In this document: piece by piece, positions 55,592 through 64,000 of the stretch
Layout: every line of letters starts with the position of its first letter
Numbering within the stretch: position 1 is the first letter of the stretch
Origin: Gammaproteobacteria bacterium
GTDB taxonomy: Bacteria; Pseudomonadota; Gammaproteobacteria; JAPPPA01
Length of the DNA stretch: 64,000 nt
NCBI GenBank assembly: GCA_030425645.1
Contig: JAUHZK010000002.1
Span: forward strand, 256,487 to 320,486
Direction of reading: 5' to 3'
Notes under the pieces: generated by a model
Databases searched by the model: none
What the model was told of the DNA's origin: nothing
The model's input: the letters and a program-made list of their open reading frames with translations, nothing else
Made by a program: the position numbers and the translations under genes

Positions 55592-56455
55592 TTATACCTG
55601 AGCGGCAGCAGCTACTTCTGCCAAGTAATCAGTTTCTTCAACTTCGATACCTTCGCCTACGGCGTAACGAGACATAGCAGTCACGTCTACACCAGCGGCT
55701 TTAACAAGCTTCTCGATAGATTGATCAGGGTCTTTAACGAACGGCTGACCGTATAGAGTCACTTCGTTAAGTTGCTTGTTCAAACGACCTTGGATCATCT
55801 TCTCGATGATTTCAGCAGGCTTGCCTGAAGACGCCGCTTGCTCAGTAAGGATGTCTTTTTCCTTAGCAATGTAGTCTTGGTCAATATCGTTTTGAGTGAT
55901 GTATAGCGGCGTGCTAGCAGTGATGTGCATAGCAATATCACGAGCCAACTCAACCTCACCACCGCTTAGCGCAGCAGCAGCGATGATACGACCACCGTGG
56001 CTGTAAACACCCACAGTCTCGCCATCAACGTACTCGAAACGACGGATAGCAATGTTTTCGCCAATTTTAGCGATCAGTGCACGACGTACTTCGTCAACGG
56101 TACCGCCAGCAATGGCTGCGCCATTCAACGCTTCAACGCTGTCTAGGCGGTTTTCTGACAATGCAGCCAAAACCGCGTCAACAAAACCACCAAAATCGTC
56201 GCCTTTAGCAACAAAGTCGGTTTCGCAGTTAACTTCAAGTAGTACAACGCCAGTACCGGTGTTACCCGCCACTACAACGCCGTCAGCAGCGGTACGGTTC
56301 GCTTTTTTATCAGCTTTAGCCATACCTGCCTTACGCATGTTTTCAATGGCTTGATCGATATCACCATTAGTTTCAACAAGCGCTTTTTTGCATTCCATCA
56401 TGCCTGAGCCAGTACGCTCACGCAGTTCTTTAACCAATGCAGCAGTAATTGCCAT
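55592..56455 (-). CDS. tsf: Elongation factor Ts.
   Basis: MAITAALVKELRERTGSGMMECKKAL. Confidence 0.95.
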   Translation of the reverse strand: MAITAALVKELRERTGSGMMECKKALVETNGDIDQAIENMRKAGMAKADKKANRTAADGVVVAGNTGTGVVLLEVNCETDFVAKGDDFGGFVDAVLAALSENRLDSVEALNGAAIAGGTVDEVRRALIAKIGENIAIRRFEYVDGETVGVYSHGGRIIAAAALSGGEVELARDIAMHITASTPLYITQNDIDQDYIAKEKDILTEQAASSGKPAEIIEKMIQGRLNKQLNEVTLYGQPFVKDPDQSIEKLVKAAGVDVTAMSRYAVGEGIEVEETDYLAEVAAAAQV

Positions 56456-56543
56456 GATTAGTTACCTATTTGATTCGTATATGAAAGTAGATCAACCACT
56501 CGGCCTAGAGAACTAGGCCGAATGATTCGCCAGCCAAAACTGA

Positions 56544-57362
56544 TTACTCAGCTTTAGCGGCTTCCTCAGCTGGAGCTTCTTCAGCAGCCGCTTCTGGCGC
56601 TGCTTCTTCCGCTGGTGCTTCTTCGGCCTTGGCCGCTTTAGCAGGAGCTTCGTCCGCAACCTGGTTTACAGGTACACGGCTAGCTTTACCTTCTAGTACC
56701 GCATCAGCAATACCAGCAGCGTACAAACGAATAGCGCGGATCGCGTCATCGTTGCCCGGGATTACTAGGTCAACGCCGTCAGGCTTGTTGTTAGTATCAA
56801 CAATACCTACTACCGGGATACCTAGCTTGTTAGCTTCAGCAATAGCGATGTTTTCGTAACCTACGTCAATCACGAAGATTGCGTCAGGCAAACCGCCCAT
56901 GTCTTTAATACCACCAAGAGTCTTGTTCAGCTTCTCGATTTCACGAGTCAGCATCAAGGCTTCTTTCTTGGTTACACGGCTGAAAGAACCATCAGCTTTC
57001 TGTGCTTCTAGGTCTTGTAGACGCTTGATAGAAGCTTTGATGGTACGCCAGTTAGTGAGCATGCCGCCCAACCAACGGTGGTTTACGAAAGGCATACCAC
57101 AACGCTCAGCTTCTTCGCGGATAGCCGCGTTAGCAGAACGTTTGGTGCCTACAAACATTACCTTGCCGCCATTGCCAACAATGTCACGAACCCAATCGTA
57201 GGCTTCGTTGAAACGTGGCAACGTTTCTTCAAGGTTAATGATGTGAATTTTGTTACGCGCACCGAAAATGTACGGTGCCATTTGAGGGTTCCAGTAGCGA
57301 GTCTGGTGACCAAAGTGGACACCAGCTTCCAACATCTGGCGCATGCTGATAGCAGAAGGCAT
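56544..57362 (-). CDS. rpsB: 30S ribosomal protein S2, with an Ala/Glu-rich C-terminal tail.
   Basis: [22 protein letters not shown]. Confidence 0.95.
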   Translation of the reverse strand: MPSAISMRQMLEAGVHFGHQTRYWNPQMAPYIFGARNKIHIINLEETLPRFNEAYDWVRDIVGNGGKVMFVGTKRSANAAIREEAERCGMPFVNHRWLGGMLTNWRTIKASIKRLQDLEAQKADGSFSRVTKKEALMLTREIEKLNKTLGGIKDMGGLPDAIFVIDVGYENIAIAEANKLGIPVVGIVDTNNKPDGVDLVIPGNDDAIRAIRLYAAGIADAVLEGKASRVPVNQVADEAPAKAAKAEEAPAEEAAPEAAAEEAPAEEAAKAE

Positions 57363-57605
57363 AAGTTTTGTTTCCTTCGGGTTAAACACAAACCTGAACT
57401 CAATTTGACAACCTTAAGCACAACGACCAAGGCACCCAGTCAAACCTGATAGCACAGGCGAAAATTAAAATTACCCTTTCGGGCGGCGCGCTTTATACCA
57501 AAACAACGCCCCAACCGCAAACTTTTCCTCACATTTGCACGCTGCAGGCAAACGCAGAATCCACTAGAATGCGCGCTTTATTTTTGCCGCAAAAGCTCTG
57601 TTGTC

Positions 57606-58400
57606 ATGGCCGCCACCATTAAAACCCCAGAAGAACAAGAAAAAATGCGCATCGCCGGCAAGCTTGCCGCCGACGTACTCGACATGATCACACCGCATGT
57701 TAAAGCTGGCATTACCACGGAAGAGCTAGACAAGATCTGTCACGACTACATTGTTGATGTGCAAGACGCGATTCCGGCCCCGCTTAACTACAAAGGTTTC
57801 CCAAAGTCGATCTGCACCTCGGTTAACCACGTGGTCTGCCACGGCATTCCCGGGCCTAAAAAGCTCAAGCGCGGCGACATCATTAATATCGACGTCACCG
57901 TTATCAAAGACGGTTACCACGGCGACACCAGCAAAATGTTTGCCATTGGCAAAACCCCTGTCGCCTCACAAAAAGTGATGCGTGTCGCTTGGGAAGCCAT
58001 GTGGGTAGGCATTGACATGGTTAAACCCGGCGCTCGCCTAGGCGACATTGGCGCAGCCATTCAGCAACACACAGAGAGCAACCACTGCAGCGTGGTGCGT
58101 GACTTTTGCGGCCACGGCATTGGCGCCCAGTTCCACGAAGAACCACAGGTATTGCACTACGGCAAACGCGGCACCGGCTTCCGCTTAGAAGAAGGCATGT
58201 GCTTCACCATCGAACCAATGGTTAACTCTGGCCGCGCTGAAACCAAAGTCCTGCCAGATGACTGGACCGCGGTGACCCGCGATCGCTCCATGTCAGGCCA
58301 ATGGGAGCACACGCTATTGGTCACGCCAACGGGTTACGAAGTACTCACCTTCCGCAGCGACGAAGTGCCACCAAACTTTGTCCGCAACTTTAAAGGCTAA
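57606..58400 (+). CDS. map: Type I methionine aminopeptidase.
   Basis: MAATIKTPEEQEKMR..., with a MetAP pita-bread fold. Confidence 0.95.
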   Translation: MAATIKTPEEQEKMRIAGKLAADVLDMITPHVKAGITTEELDKICHDYIVDVQDAIPAPLNYKGFPKSICTSVNHVVCHGIPGPKKLKRGDIINIDVTVIKDGYHGDTSKMFAIGKTPVASQKVMRVAWEAMWVGIDMVKPGARLGDIGAAIQQHTESNHCSVVRDFCGHGIGAQFHEEPQVLHYGKRGTGFRLEEGMCFTIEPMVNSGRAETKVLPDDWTAVTRDRSMSGQWEHTLLVTPTGYEVLTFRSDEVPPNFVRNFKG

Positions 58401-58407
58401 CGCCGCC

Positions 58408-61071
58408 ATGAGCTCGTCAGTGAACAACACCCCACTCCTTGATTTTGATTTCTCGCCGCTGACTGCAGACAACAGCATTCAAAGCTTTAAAAGCTTTATT
58501 GCCGAACAAAGCCAACGCCTAAACGACAGCTTTGACCCACAACAGCGCTGCGAGCCGCAGGTTTATGGCCGCGCCGCCATGATTGATGGCGTGCTGCAGG
58601 CTATCTGGCAAAAGTTCTGCGCCGAACATGCCAGCGGCATTTCCCTACTAGCGGTGGGTGGTTATGGCCGTGGTGAATTACACCCAGCCTCCGACGTCGA
58701 CATTCTTATCCTCTTAAAAGAAGACGACGACACGCCTTACCAAGAGGCACTACAAAGCCTGGTCACCTTCCTTTGGGATATTGGCCTCGACATCGGCTCG
58801 TCGGTACGCTCGCTAAGAGACTGTACCCGTGAAGCCGGCAAAGACATTACCGTTGCCACCAACCTCATGGAAGCGCGCCATCTAGCCGGTGACGAATGCC
58901 TGCTGGCCGAAATGCAGCAAGCCATTGGCCCGGAAAAGGTCTGGCCGGTAAAAGAGTTCTTCCTAGCCAAACGCGAAGAGCAACAGCAACGCTATGGCCG
59001 CTTTCAAAACTCTGCCTATAAAGTTGAACCTAATCTAAAAGAAAGCCCCGGCGGCCTACGCGACATCCAAATTATTGAATGGGTGGCACAGCGCTACTTC
59101 GACACCGACGGCATGGCCGGCCTAAAGCTGCAGGGTTTCTTAACCGGCGAAGAATACCAATCCTTAATGGACGCCCGCGAATACCTTTGGCGCGTGCGTT
59201 GGGCTTTACACACTTTGGTTGGCCGCGGCGAAAACCGCCTGCAGTTCGACAACCAAGTGAAGCTCGCTGACCAGTTCGGTTACGAGGACAAAAACAACCG
59301 TCCGGCAGTTGAGCACTTTATGCAAACCTACTACCGCACCGTGATGCTGGTAGAGCGGGTTTCTGAAATGCTGTTGCAACTGTTTAATGAAAACATCGTG
59401 CAGGCCGACGAGGATGCCACGCCCATTCCTATCAACCCCCGCTACCAAGTGGTGCGTGGTTATATCGAAGCCACTCACGAAAACATCTACCTAGAACGCC
59501 CACTGGCGCTGCTAGAGATTTTCTACCTGATTCAGCAGCGCCCAGAAATCAAAGGCGTGCGCGCCAACACCATTCGCTTAATTCGCAAATACCGCGACTT
59601 AATCGACGACAAATTCCGCAACGACATCCGCGTTCGCAGCCTGTTTATGGACATGCTGCGCCAACCGCGCGGCATTACCCACGAATTCCGCCGTATGAAC
59701 CGCTACGGCATTTTGGCGCGTTATATCCCCGCCTTCCGCGGCATTGTTGGGCAAATGCAGTTCGACATGTTCCACGCCTACACGGTGGACGAACACACCC
59801 TCATGGTGCTGCGCAACCTGCGTCGCGTTAGCGTGCCTGAATTTGAGCACGAACTGCCTTACGTTAGCGAAATCACCAAACGCATTCCCAAGCCTGAACT
59901 GCTGTATCTAGCCGGCATTTTCCACGACATCGGCAAAGGCCGCGGCGGCGACCATTCCGAGCTGGGCGCGGTAGATGCACGCGAGTTCTGCGAACTACAT
60001 GGCCTCAGCGCCGAAGACACCGAGCTAGTCGCCTGGCTAGTTGACAGTCACTTATTGATGTCGATGACCGCACAGCGCAAAGACATTTCCGACCCTGACG
60101 TGGTGAATGACTTTGCCGAGAAAATGGGCACCCGAGAAAACCTCGACTACCTATTTTTGCTGACCACTGCCGATATTCGCGGCACCAACCCCGAACTCTG
60201 GAACGGCTGGCGTCAGTCATTACTGTTCGAGCTGCACAAACTCACCGCGCGCGCACTAGAGCAAGGCTTAGCCAACAAGCTGTCGGAAACGCAGCTGATA
60301 GAAGAAGCGCAAAACCATGCGCTCTACCTGCTTAGCAAAAACGGCTTCCCAGCTGAACGCGCCGAACGCATTTGGGAAACCCATCACAGTGAATATTTCC
60401 TACGAAACACTTCATGGGAAATTTACTGGCACACCCAAGTGATTGCCAACGCTGGCAAAGAGCATCTGCCGATTGTGGCCGTTAAAGAGGTCTTTGAACG
60501 TGGCGGCAGCACCGTGCTGGTCTACACCTACGACCGCGATTACCTATTCGGCCATATCTGCGCCTGCCTAGACCAGCTCAACCTAAACATTCTTGACGCG
60601 CGTATCCACGACACCACCGACGGCATGACCGTTTGTAGCTACGTGGTAGTAGAAGACAACGGCAACGGTGTAGAAAGCATCGAACGCGAGCTAGAAATCG
60701 TCGCCAATATGCGGGACGCCCTCGCCCAAGATGCCAGCTGCCCAATCCCGGTTAACCGCCATGCGCCACGACAGCTGAAAATCTTCAATACCCAAACCGA
60801 AGTCAGCTTCCAGCAAGACAGCCGCAATAACCGCACCGCCTTAACGCTGTTTAGTGCCGACCGCCCTGGCCTGCTATCTAAAGTCGGTTATGTATTCCAG
60901 AAATACGGCATCGTTATCCAAAACGCCAAGATCGGCACCGTCGGCGAGCGCGCCGAAGACGTGTTCTTTATTACCGATAAAGACCGCAATCCGATTACCG
61001 ATCTCGACCTTCAAGAACAACTGCGTCAAGCCTTGGTAACTGAGCTAGACCCCCAGCAAAACGCCGCCTAA
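58408..61071 (+). CDS. glnD: Bifunctional [protein-PII] uridylyltransferase / uridylyl-removing enzyme.
   Basis: NTase domain (GGYGRGELHPASDVDIL), HD domain, and two C-terminal ACT domains. The start is taken at the second Met, while the ORF opens at 58378. Confidence 0.9.
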   Translation: MSSSVNNTPLLDFDFSPLTADNSIQSFKSFIAEQSQRLNDSFDPQQRCEPQVYGRAAMIDGVLQAIWQKFCAEHASGISLLAVGGYGRGELHPASDVDILILLKEDDDTPYQEALQSLVTFLWDIGLDIGSSVRSLRDCTREAGKDITVATNLMEARHLAGDECLLAEMQQAIGPEKVWPVKEFFLAKREEQQQRYGRFQNSAYKVEPNLKESPGGLRDIQIIEWVAQRYFDTDGMAGLKLQGFLTGEEYQSLMDAREYLWRVRWALHTLVGRGENRLQFDNQVKLADQFGYEDKNNRPAVEHFMQTYYRTVMLVERVSEMLLQLFNENIVQADEDATPIPINPRYQVVRGYIEATHENIYLERPLALLEIFYLIQQRPEIKGVRANTIRLIRKYRDLIDDKFRNDIRVRSLFMDMLRQPRGITHEFRRMNRYGILARYIPAFRGIVGQMQFDMFHAYTVDEHTLMVLRNLRRVSVPEFEHELPYVSEITKRIPKPELLYLAGIFHDIGKGRGGDHSELGAVDAREFCELHGLSAEDTELVAWLVDSHLLMSMTAQRKDISDPDVVNDFAEKMGTRENLDYLFLLTTADIRGTNPELWNGWRQSLLFELHKLTARALEQGLANKLSETQLIEEAQNHALYLLSKNGFPAERAERIWETHHSEYFLRNTSWEIYWHTQVIANAGKEHLPIVAVKEVFERGGSTVLVYTYDRDYLFGHICACLDQLNLNILDARIHDTTDGMTVCSYVVVEDNGNGVESIERELEIVANMRDALAQDASCPIPVNRHAPRQLKIFNTQTEVSFQQDSRNNRTALTLFSADRPGLLSKVGYVFQKYGIVIQNAKIGTVGERAEDVFFITDKDRNPITDLDLQEQLRQALVTELDPQQNAA

Positions 61072-61112
61072 AACACGCAACCTAGAAAAACGCTGCCTAA
61101 TAAACGAGCACC

Positions 61113-62399
61113 ATGAACCCAGCCATTAATGACCTGCACCCCTACCCGTTTCAAAAGCTAGAAAAACTACTAGCCGAAAAACCGTGGACAGGCCCAGAAC
61201 GTGGCATGGGTGAGGCGATTCGCTTAACCATTGGCGAACCACGCCACGCGCCGCCACAGTTTGTTTTGGATGTGTGGCAAAACGCCTTGCCGCAAGTAGC
61301 CAAATACCCAACCACCCTTGGTACCCCAGAGCTACGCCAAGCCATTAGCCAATGGCTAAAACAACGCTTTAACGCCGACGTGAGCGCCGCCACGCAAATC
61401 TTGCCGGTTAACGGTACACGCGAAGCGCTATTCGCCTTTGCCCAAGCGCATATCGACGCATCAACGCCTTCGCAATTGTCCCGCCCTTCGATGAACTCAG
61501 GGCTAGCGGAAAACGTTCGTCCTGAGCTTGTCGAAGGACAAACACTAGCAAACCAACCACTCGTCGCCAGTCCTAACCCCTTCTACCAAATTTACGAAGG
61601 CGCAGCCTTACTCGCCGGCGCCAAGCCCTACTTCGTTAATTGCGACGCCAGCGGTTTAGCCGACTTTGACGCCGTTAGCGCTGACGTATGGCAGCAAGTG
61701 CAACTGGTTTACGCTTGCTCTCCCGGCAACCCCACTGGCGCCGTGGTAAGCAAAGAGCAATGGCAGCGTTTAATCGCACTATCGGATGAGCACGACTTCA
61801 TCATTGCCGCCGACGAATGTTATTCCGAGATTTGGTTTGACGAACCACCGGTTGGCCTGCTGCAAGTCTGCGCCGAAATCGGCCGTAACGATTTTAAAAA
61901 CTGCCTCGTGTTCCACTCACTCAGCAAACGCTCCAACCTGCCCGGTTTACGTTCAGGTTTCGTGGCTGGTGACGCCACAGCACTGGCCAGCTTCCTTAAA
62001 TACCGCACCTACCACGGCTGCGCCATGCCTATCCCTAGCCAACTGGCCAGCATTGAAGCCTGGAACGATGAAAGCCATGTAGAAGAAAACCGCCGGCTGT
62101 ACCGCGAGAAATTCCAACGCGTATTGGAAATACTAGAACCGGTAATGCAGGTCAAAAAACCAGACGCCAGCTTCTACCTGTGGCCCACGCTTAACGATAT
62201 CTGCGGCGGTGACGACGAAGCTTTTGCGCAAGGCCTACACCATGAACAAGGCGTAACCGTGTTACCGGGTAGCTACCTCTCGCGCGACACCGACAACGGC
62301 AACCCCGGCGCGGGTCATGTGCGCATCTCACTGGTTGCCAGTGTTGAAGAATGCGTAGAGGCCGCCAATCGCATCGCCCAATTCGTTCGCACAAACTAA
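61113..62399 (+). CDS. dapC: Class I PLP aminotransferase, probably N-succinyldiaminopimelate aminotransferase DapC. It contains an in-frame palindromic-element insertion.
   Basis: The context map-glnD-dapC-dapD is Pseudomonas-type. Aminotransferase class I motifs are present (NPxNPTG, SKR). Confidence 0.7.
   Translation: MNPAINDLHPYPFQKLEKLLAEKPWTGPERGMGEAIRLTIGEPRHAPPQFVLDVWQNALPQVAKYPTTLGTPELRQAISQWLKQRFNADVSAATQILPVNGTREALFAFAQAHIDASTPSQLSRPSMNSGLAENVRPELVEGQTLANQPLVASPNPFYQIYEGAALLAGAKPYFVNCDASGLADFDAVSADVWQQVQLVYACSPGNPTGAVVSKEQWQRLIALSDEHDFIIAADECYSEIWFDEPPVGLLQVCAEIGRNDFKNCLVFHSLSKRSNLPGLRSGFVAGDATALASFLKYRTYHGCAMPIPSQLASIEAWNDESHVEENRRLYREKFQRVLEILEPVMQVKKPDASFYLWPTLNDICGGDDEAFAQGLHHEQGVTVLPGSYLSRDTDNGNPGAGHVRISLVASVEECVEAANRIAQFVRTN
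61479..61540. repeat. REP-like palindromic element, family copy C, lying in-frame within the dapC CDS. It encodes approximately SRPSMNSGLAENVRPELVEGQ.
   Basis: Left arm CCCGCCCTTCGATGAACTCAGGGCTAGCGG, loop aaaacgtt, right arm CGTCCTGAGCTTGTCGAAGGAC. The arms are homologous to those of the intergenic copies. Confidence 0.6.
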
Positions 62400-62500
62400 C
62401 CCCCTCCCTCCAAATCACATCTAGGGCCTCCCCCTCGCAGGTGGAGGGACTCTCTTACTCCCCTCTCCCTTTGAGGGAGAGGGGTTGGGGGAGAGGGTGA
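62400..62500. repeat. Cluster of G/C-rich palindromic units (BIME/REP-like) immediately downstream of dapC.
   Basis: CCCTCgcaggtgGAGGG, and CCCCTCTCCCtttgaGGGAGAGGGGttgGGGGAGAGGG. Confidence 0.5.
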
Positions 62501-62507
62501 AAACTCC

Positions 62508-62536
62508 GACCCATTTGGGACTGTCCCAAATGGGTC
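62508..62536. repeat. Perfect 29-bp palindrome GACCCATTTGGGAC-t-GTCCCAAATGGGTC, followed by TGTCCC.
   Basis: Read directly. It shares the GGGTCTGTCCC / GGGACTGTCCC motif with the inverted repeats at 7681-7754, and lies about 110 bp upstream of the dapD start. Confidence 0.5.
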
Positions 62537-62648
62537 TGTCCCAAGCTTGAATTCAATTATTTCGCTAGGCCTGTCGCTGCTTAAGCAAATCTGAGAAAAT
62601 ACGCGCCACTTATTTTTTGCCATATCAAATTTATTACTGGAGCCAGCC

Positions 62649-63482
62649 TTGTCTGACTTACAACAAATCATTGAAGAAGCCTTTGAGCGCCGCGCCGACA
62701 TTACCCCTAGCAATGTAGACGCCGACACCAAAGCCGCGATCAACCAAGCCATTGAAATGTTAGACAACGGCAGCGCGCGCGTAGCCGAGCGTGTTGGCGA
62801 CACCCAAGAATGGAAAGTAAACGAGTGGCTGAAAAAAGCCGTTCTACTTGGCTTCCGTATTGAAGACAACGCGCCTATCGACGCGGGTTACACCAAGTTT
62901 TACGACAAAGTGCCAATGAAATACGCCGACTGGACTGCCGAGCAGTTCAAAGCCAGCGGCACCCGCGTAGTACCAGACGCCATCGTACGTAAAGGCTCGT
63001 TTATTGCTGAAAACACAGTACTCATGCCTTCATACGTCAACATCGGCGCCTATGTAGACAGCGGCAGCATGGTCGACACCTGGGCCACCGTAGGCAGCTG
63101 CGCCCAAATTGGTAAAAACGTACACCTTTCTGGCGGCGTAGGCATCGGCGGCGTATTAGAGCCACTGCAAGCCAGCCCAACCATTATTGGTGACAACTGC
63201 TTTATCGGCGCCCGCTCAGAAGTAGTAGAAGGCGTGGTCGTTGAAGACAACTGCGTGATCTCTATGGGCGTATACATCGGCCAAAGCACCAAAATCTTCG
63301 ACCGCGAAACCGGCGAAGTACACTACGGCCGCGTACCACAAGGTTCGGTAGTGGTTTCTGGCAACCTACCTAGCAAAGACGGCAGCTACAGCCTGTACTG
63401 CGCCGTGATTGTTAAAAAAGTAGACGCCAAAACGCTAAGCAAAACTGGCCTTAACGACCTACTACGTTCAATCGACGAGTAG
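62649..63482 (+). CDS. dapD: 2,3,4,5-tetrahydropyridine-2,6-dicarboxylate N-succinyltransferase.
   Basis: [20 protein letters not shown] aligns to the E. coli DapD N-terminus. There are hexapeptide repeats and a TTG start with SD GGAG. Confidence 0.9.
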   Translation: MSDLQQIIEEAFERRADITPSNVDADTKAAINQAIEMLDNGSARVAERVGDTQEWKVNEWLKKAVLLGFRIEDNAPIDAGYTKFYDKVPMKYADWTAEQFKASGTRVVPDAIVRKGSFIAENTVLMPSYVNIGAYVDSGSMVDTWATVGSCAQIGKNVHLSGGVGIGGVLEPLQASPTIIGDNCFIGARSEVVEGVVVEDNCVISMGVYIGQSTKIFDRETGEVHYGRVPQGSVVVSGNLPSKDGSYSLYCAVIVKKVDAKTLSKTGLNDLLRSIDE

Positions 63483-63566
63483 CCCTTCGACTCTTCGACA
63501 AGCTCAGAGCTAGGGCGAACGGTAGCAATCCGCTAGTCCTGAGCCCGTCGAAGGACGGAACCCGTT
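63483..63566. repeat. REP-like palindromic element, family copy D, directly after the dapD stop.
   Basis: Left arm CTTCGACAAGCTCAGAGCTAGGGCGAACGG, right arm CCGCTAGTCCTGAGCCCGTCGAAGGAC. Confidence 0.6.
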
Positions 63567-63588
63567 ATCTACATTTAGATATACACTA

Positions 63589-63618
63589 AGCCTCGGTCTC
63601 CCCGAGGCTTATTTATTT
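63589..63618 (+). terminator. Rho-independent terminator of dapD.
   Basis: AAGCCTCGG-tctcc-CCGAGGCTT followed by ATTTATTT. Confidence 0.65.
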
Positions 63619-63637
63619 AGAAAAGAAACAAAACCAG

Positions 63638-63985
63638 ATGAAGCTCTACGGCATCCCAAACTGCGACACCATTAAAAAAGCCAAAAAATGGCTAGACACC
63701 AACGGCATTGATTACCAATTCCACGACTACCGTAAAGACGGCGTAGACACCGCATGGCTACAAGCACGCTGTGAAGAGCACGGCTGGGAAAACGTCTTAA
63801 ACCGTCGCGGCACTACTTGGCGCCAGCTAGACGAAGACACCAAAAACAACGTCAACGCTGCCAGCGCCGTAGCATTGATGCAAGAACATCCCGCCATGAT
63901 AAAACGTCCGTTATTGGGCCCACTGCCGAATCAACACTACCTACTGGGCTTTAAAGCCGACACCTACCAAAGCGAACTCGCCTAA
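63638..63985 (+). CDS. ArsC/Spx-family thioredoxin-fold protein (YffB-like).
   Basis: The N-terminus [19 protein letters not shown] carries the CxxT/S motif of the ArsC family. Confidence 0.8.
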   Translation: MKLYGIPNCDTIKKAKKWLDTNGIDYQFHDYRKDGVDTAWLQARCEEHGWENVLNRRGTTWRQLDEDTKNNVNAASAVALMQEHPAMIKRPLLGPLPNQHYLLGFKADTYQSELA

Positions 63986-64000
63986 ATGACTAGCGACATG

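Noticed and set aside
62396-62869. A 157-aa minus-strand ORF spans the dapC-dapD spacer.
   Set aside because: Its N-terminal part is the translation of the G/C-rich palindromic repeat cluster, and the rest is antisense to dapD. It is a repeat artefact and not a gene.

Overview
This is a 64 kb chromosomal segment from a gammaproteobacterium, GC roughly 55%. Gene order is Pseudomonas/Marinobacter-like: map–glnD–dapC–dapD, proA–nadD–rsfS–rlmH, leuS–lptE–holA, maf–rng–yhdP–tldD, and rpsB–tsf–pyrH–frr–uppS–cdsA–dxr–rseP–bamA–skp. The window is dominated by core housekeeping genes in translation, envelope biogenesis and lipid metabolism (fadE, fadH, a desaturase module, pssA, cdsA). No rRNA, tRNA, CRISPR array, integrase or transposase could be recognised by eye. 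The non-core content is: (1) a small accessory block at about 31.1–36.6 kb holding a PLC-like lipoprotein, a BASS-type transporter, two glutathione S-transferases, a DUF-like membrane protein and a beta-propeller protein; (2) a membrane GGDEF protein with a degenerate active site (GADRF) but an intact RxxD I-site, inserted between rsfS and rlmH; (3) several families of short palindromic repeat elements. One copy of a REP-like hairpin element sits in-frame inside the dapC coding sequence. A 325-bp element with 11-bp terminal inverted repeats and a 7-bp direct duplication appears to have inserted into the loop of a bidirectional terminator between rhlB and the PLC-like gene. A GGGTCTGTCCC-containing palindrome family and a G/C-rich BIME-like cluster lie around dapC and dapD. 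I could not identify a clear novel multi-gene system (for example a defence island) from sequence alone. The repeat-element biology and the degenerate GGDEF protein are the most distinctive observations. All functional calls rest on remembered family motifs and synteny, not on database searches.
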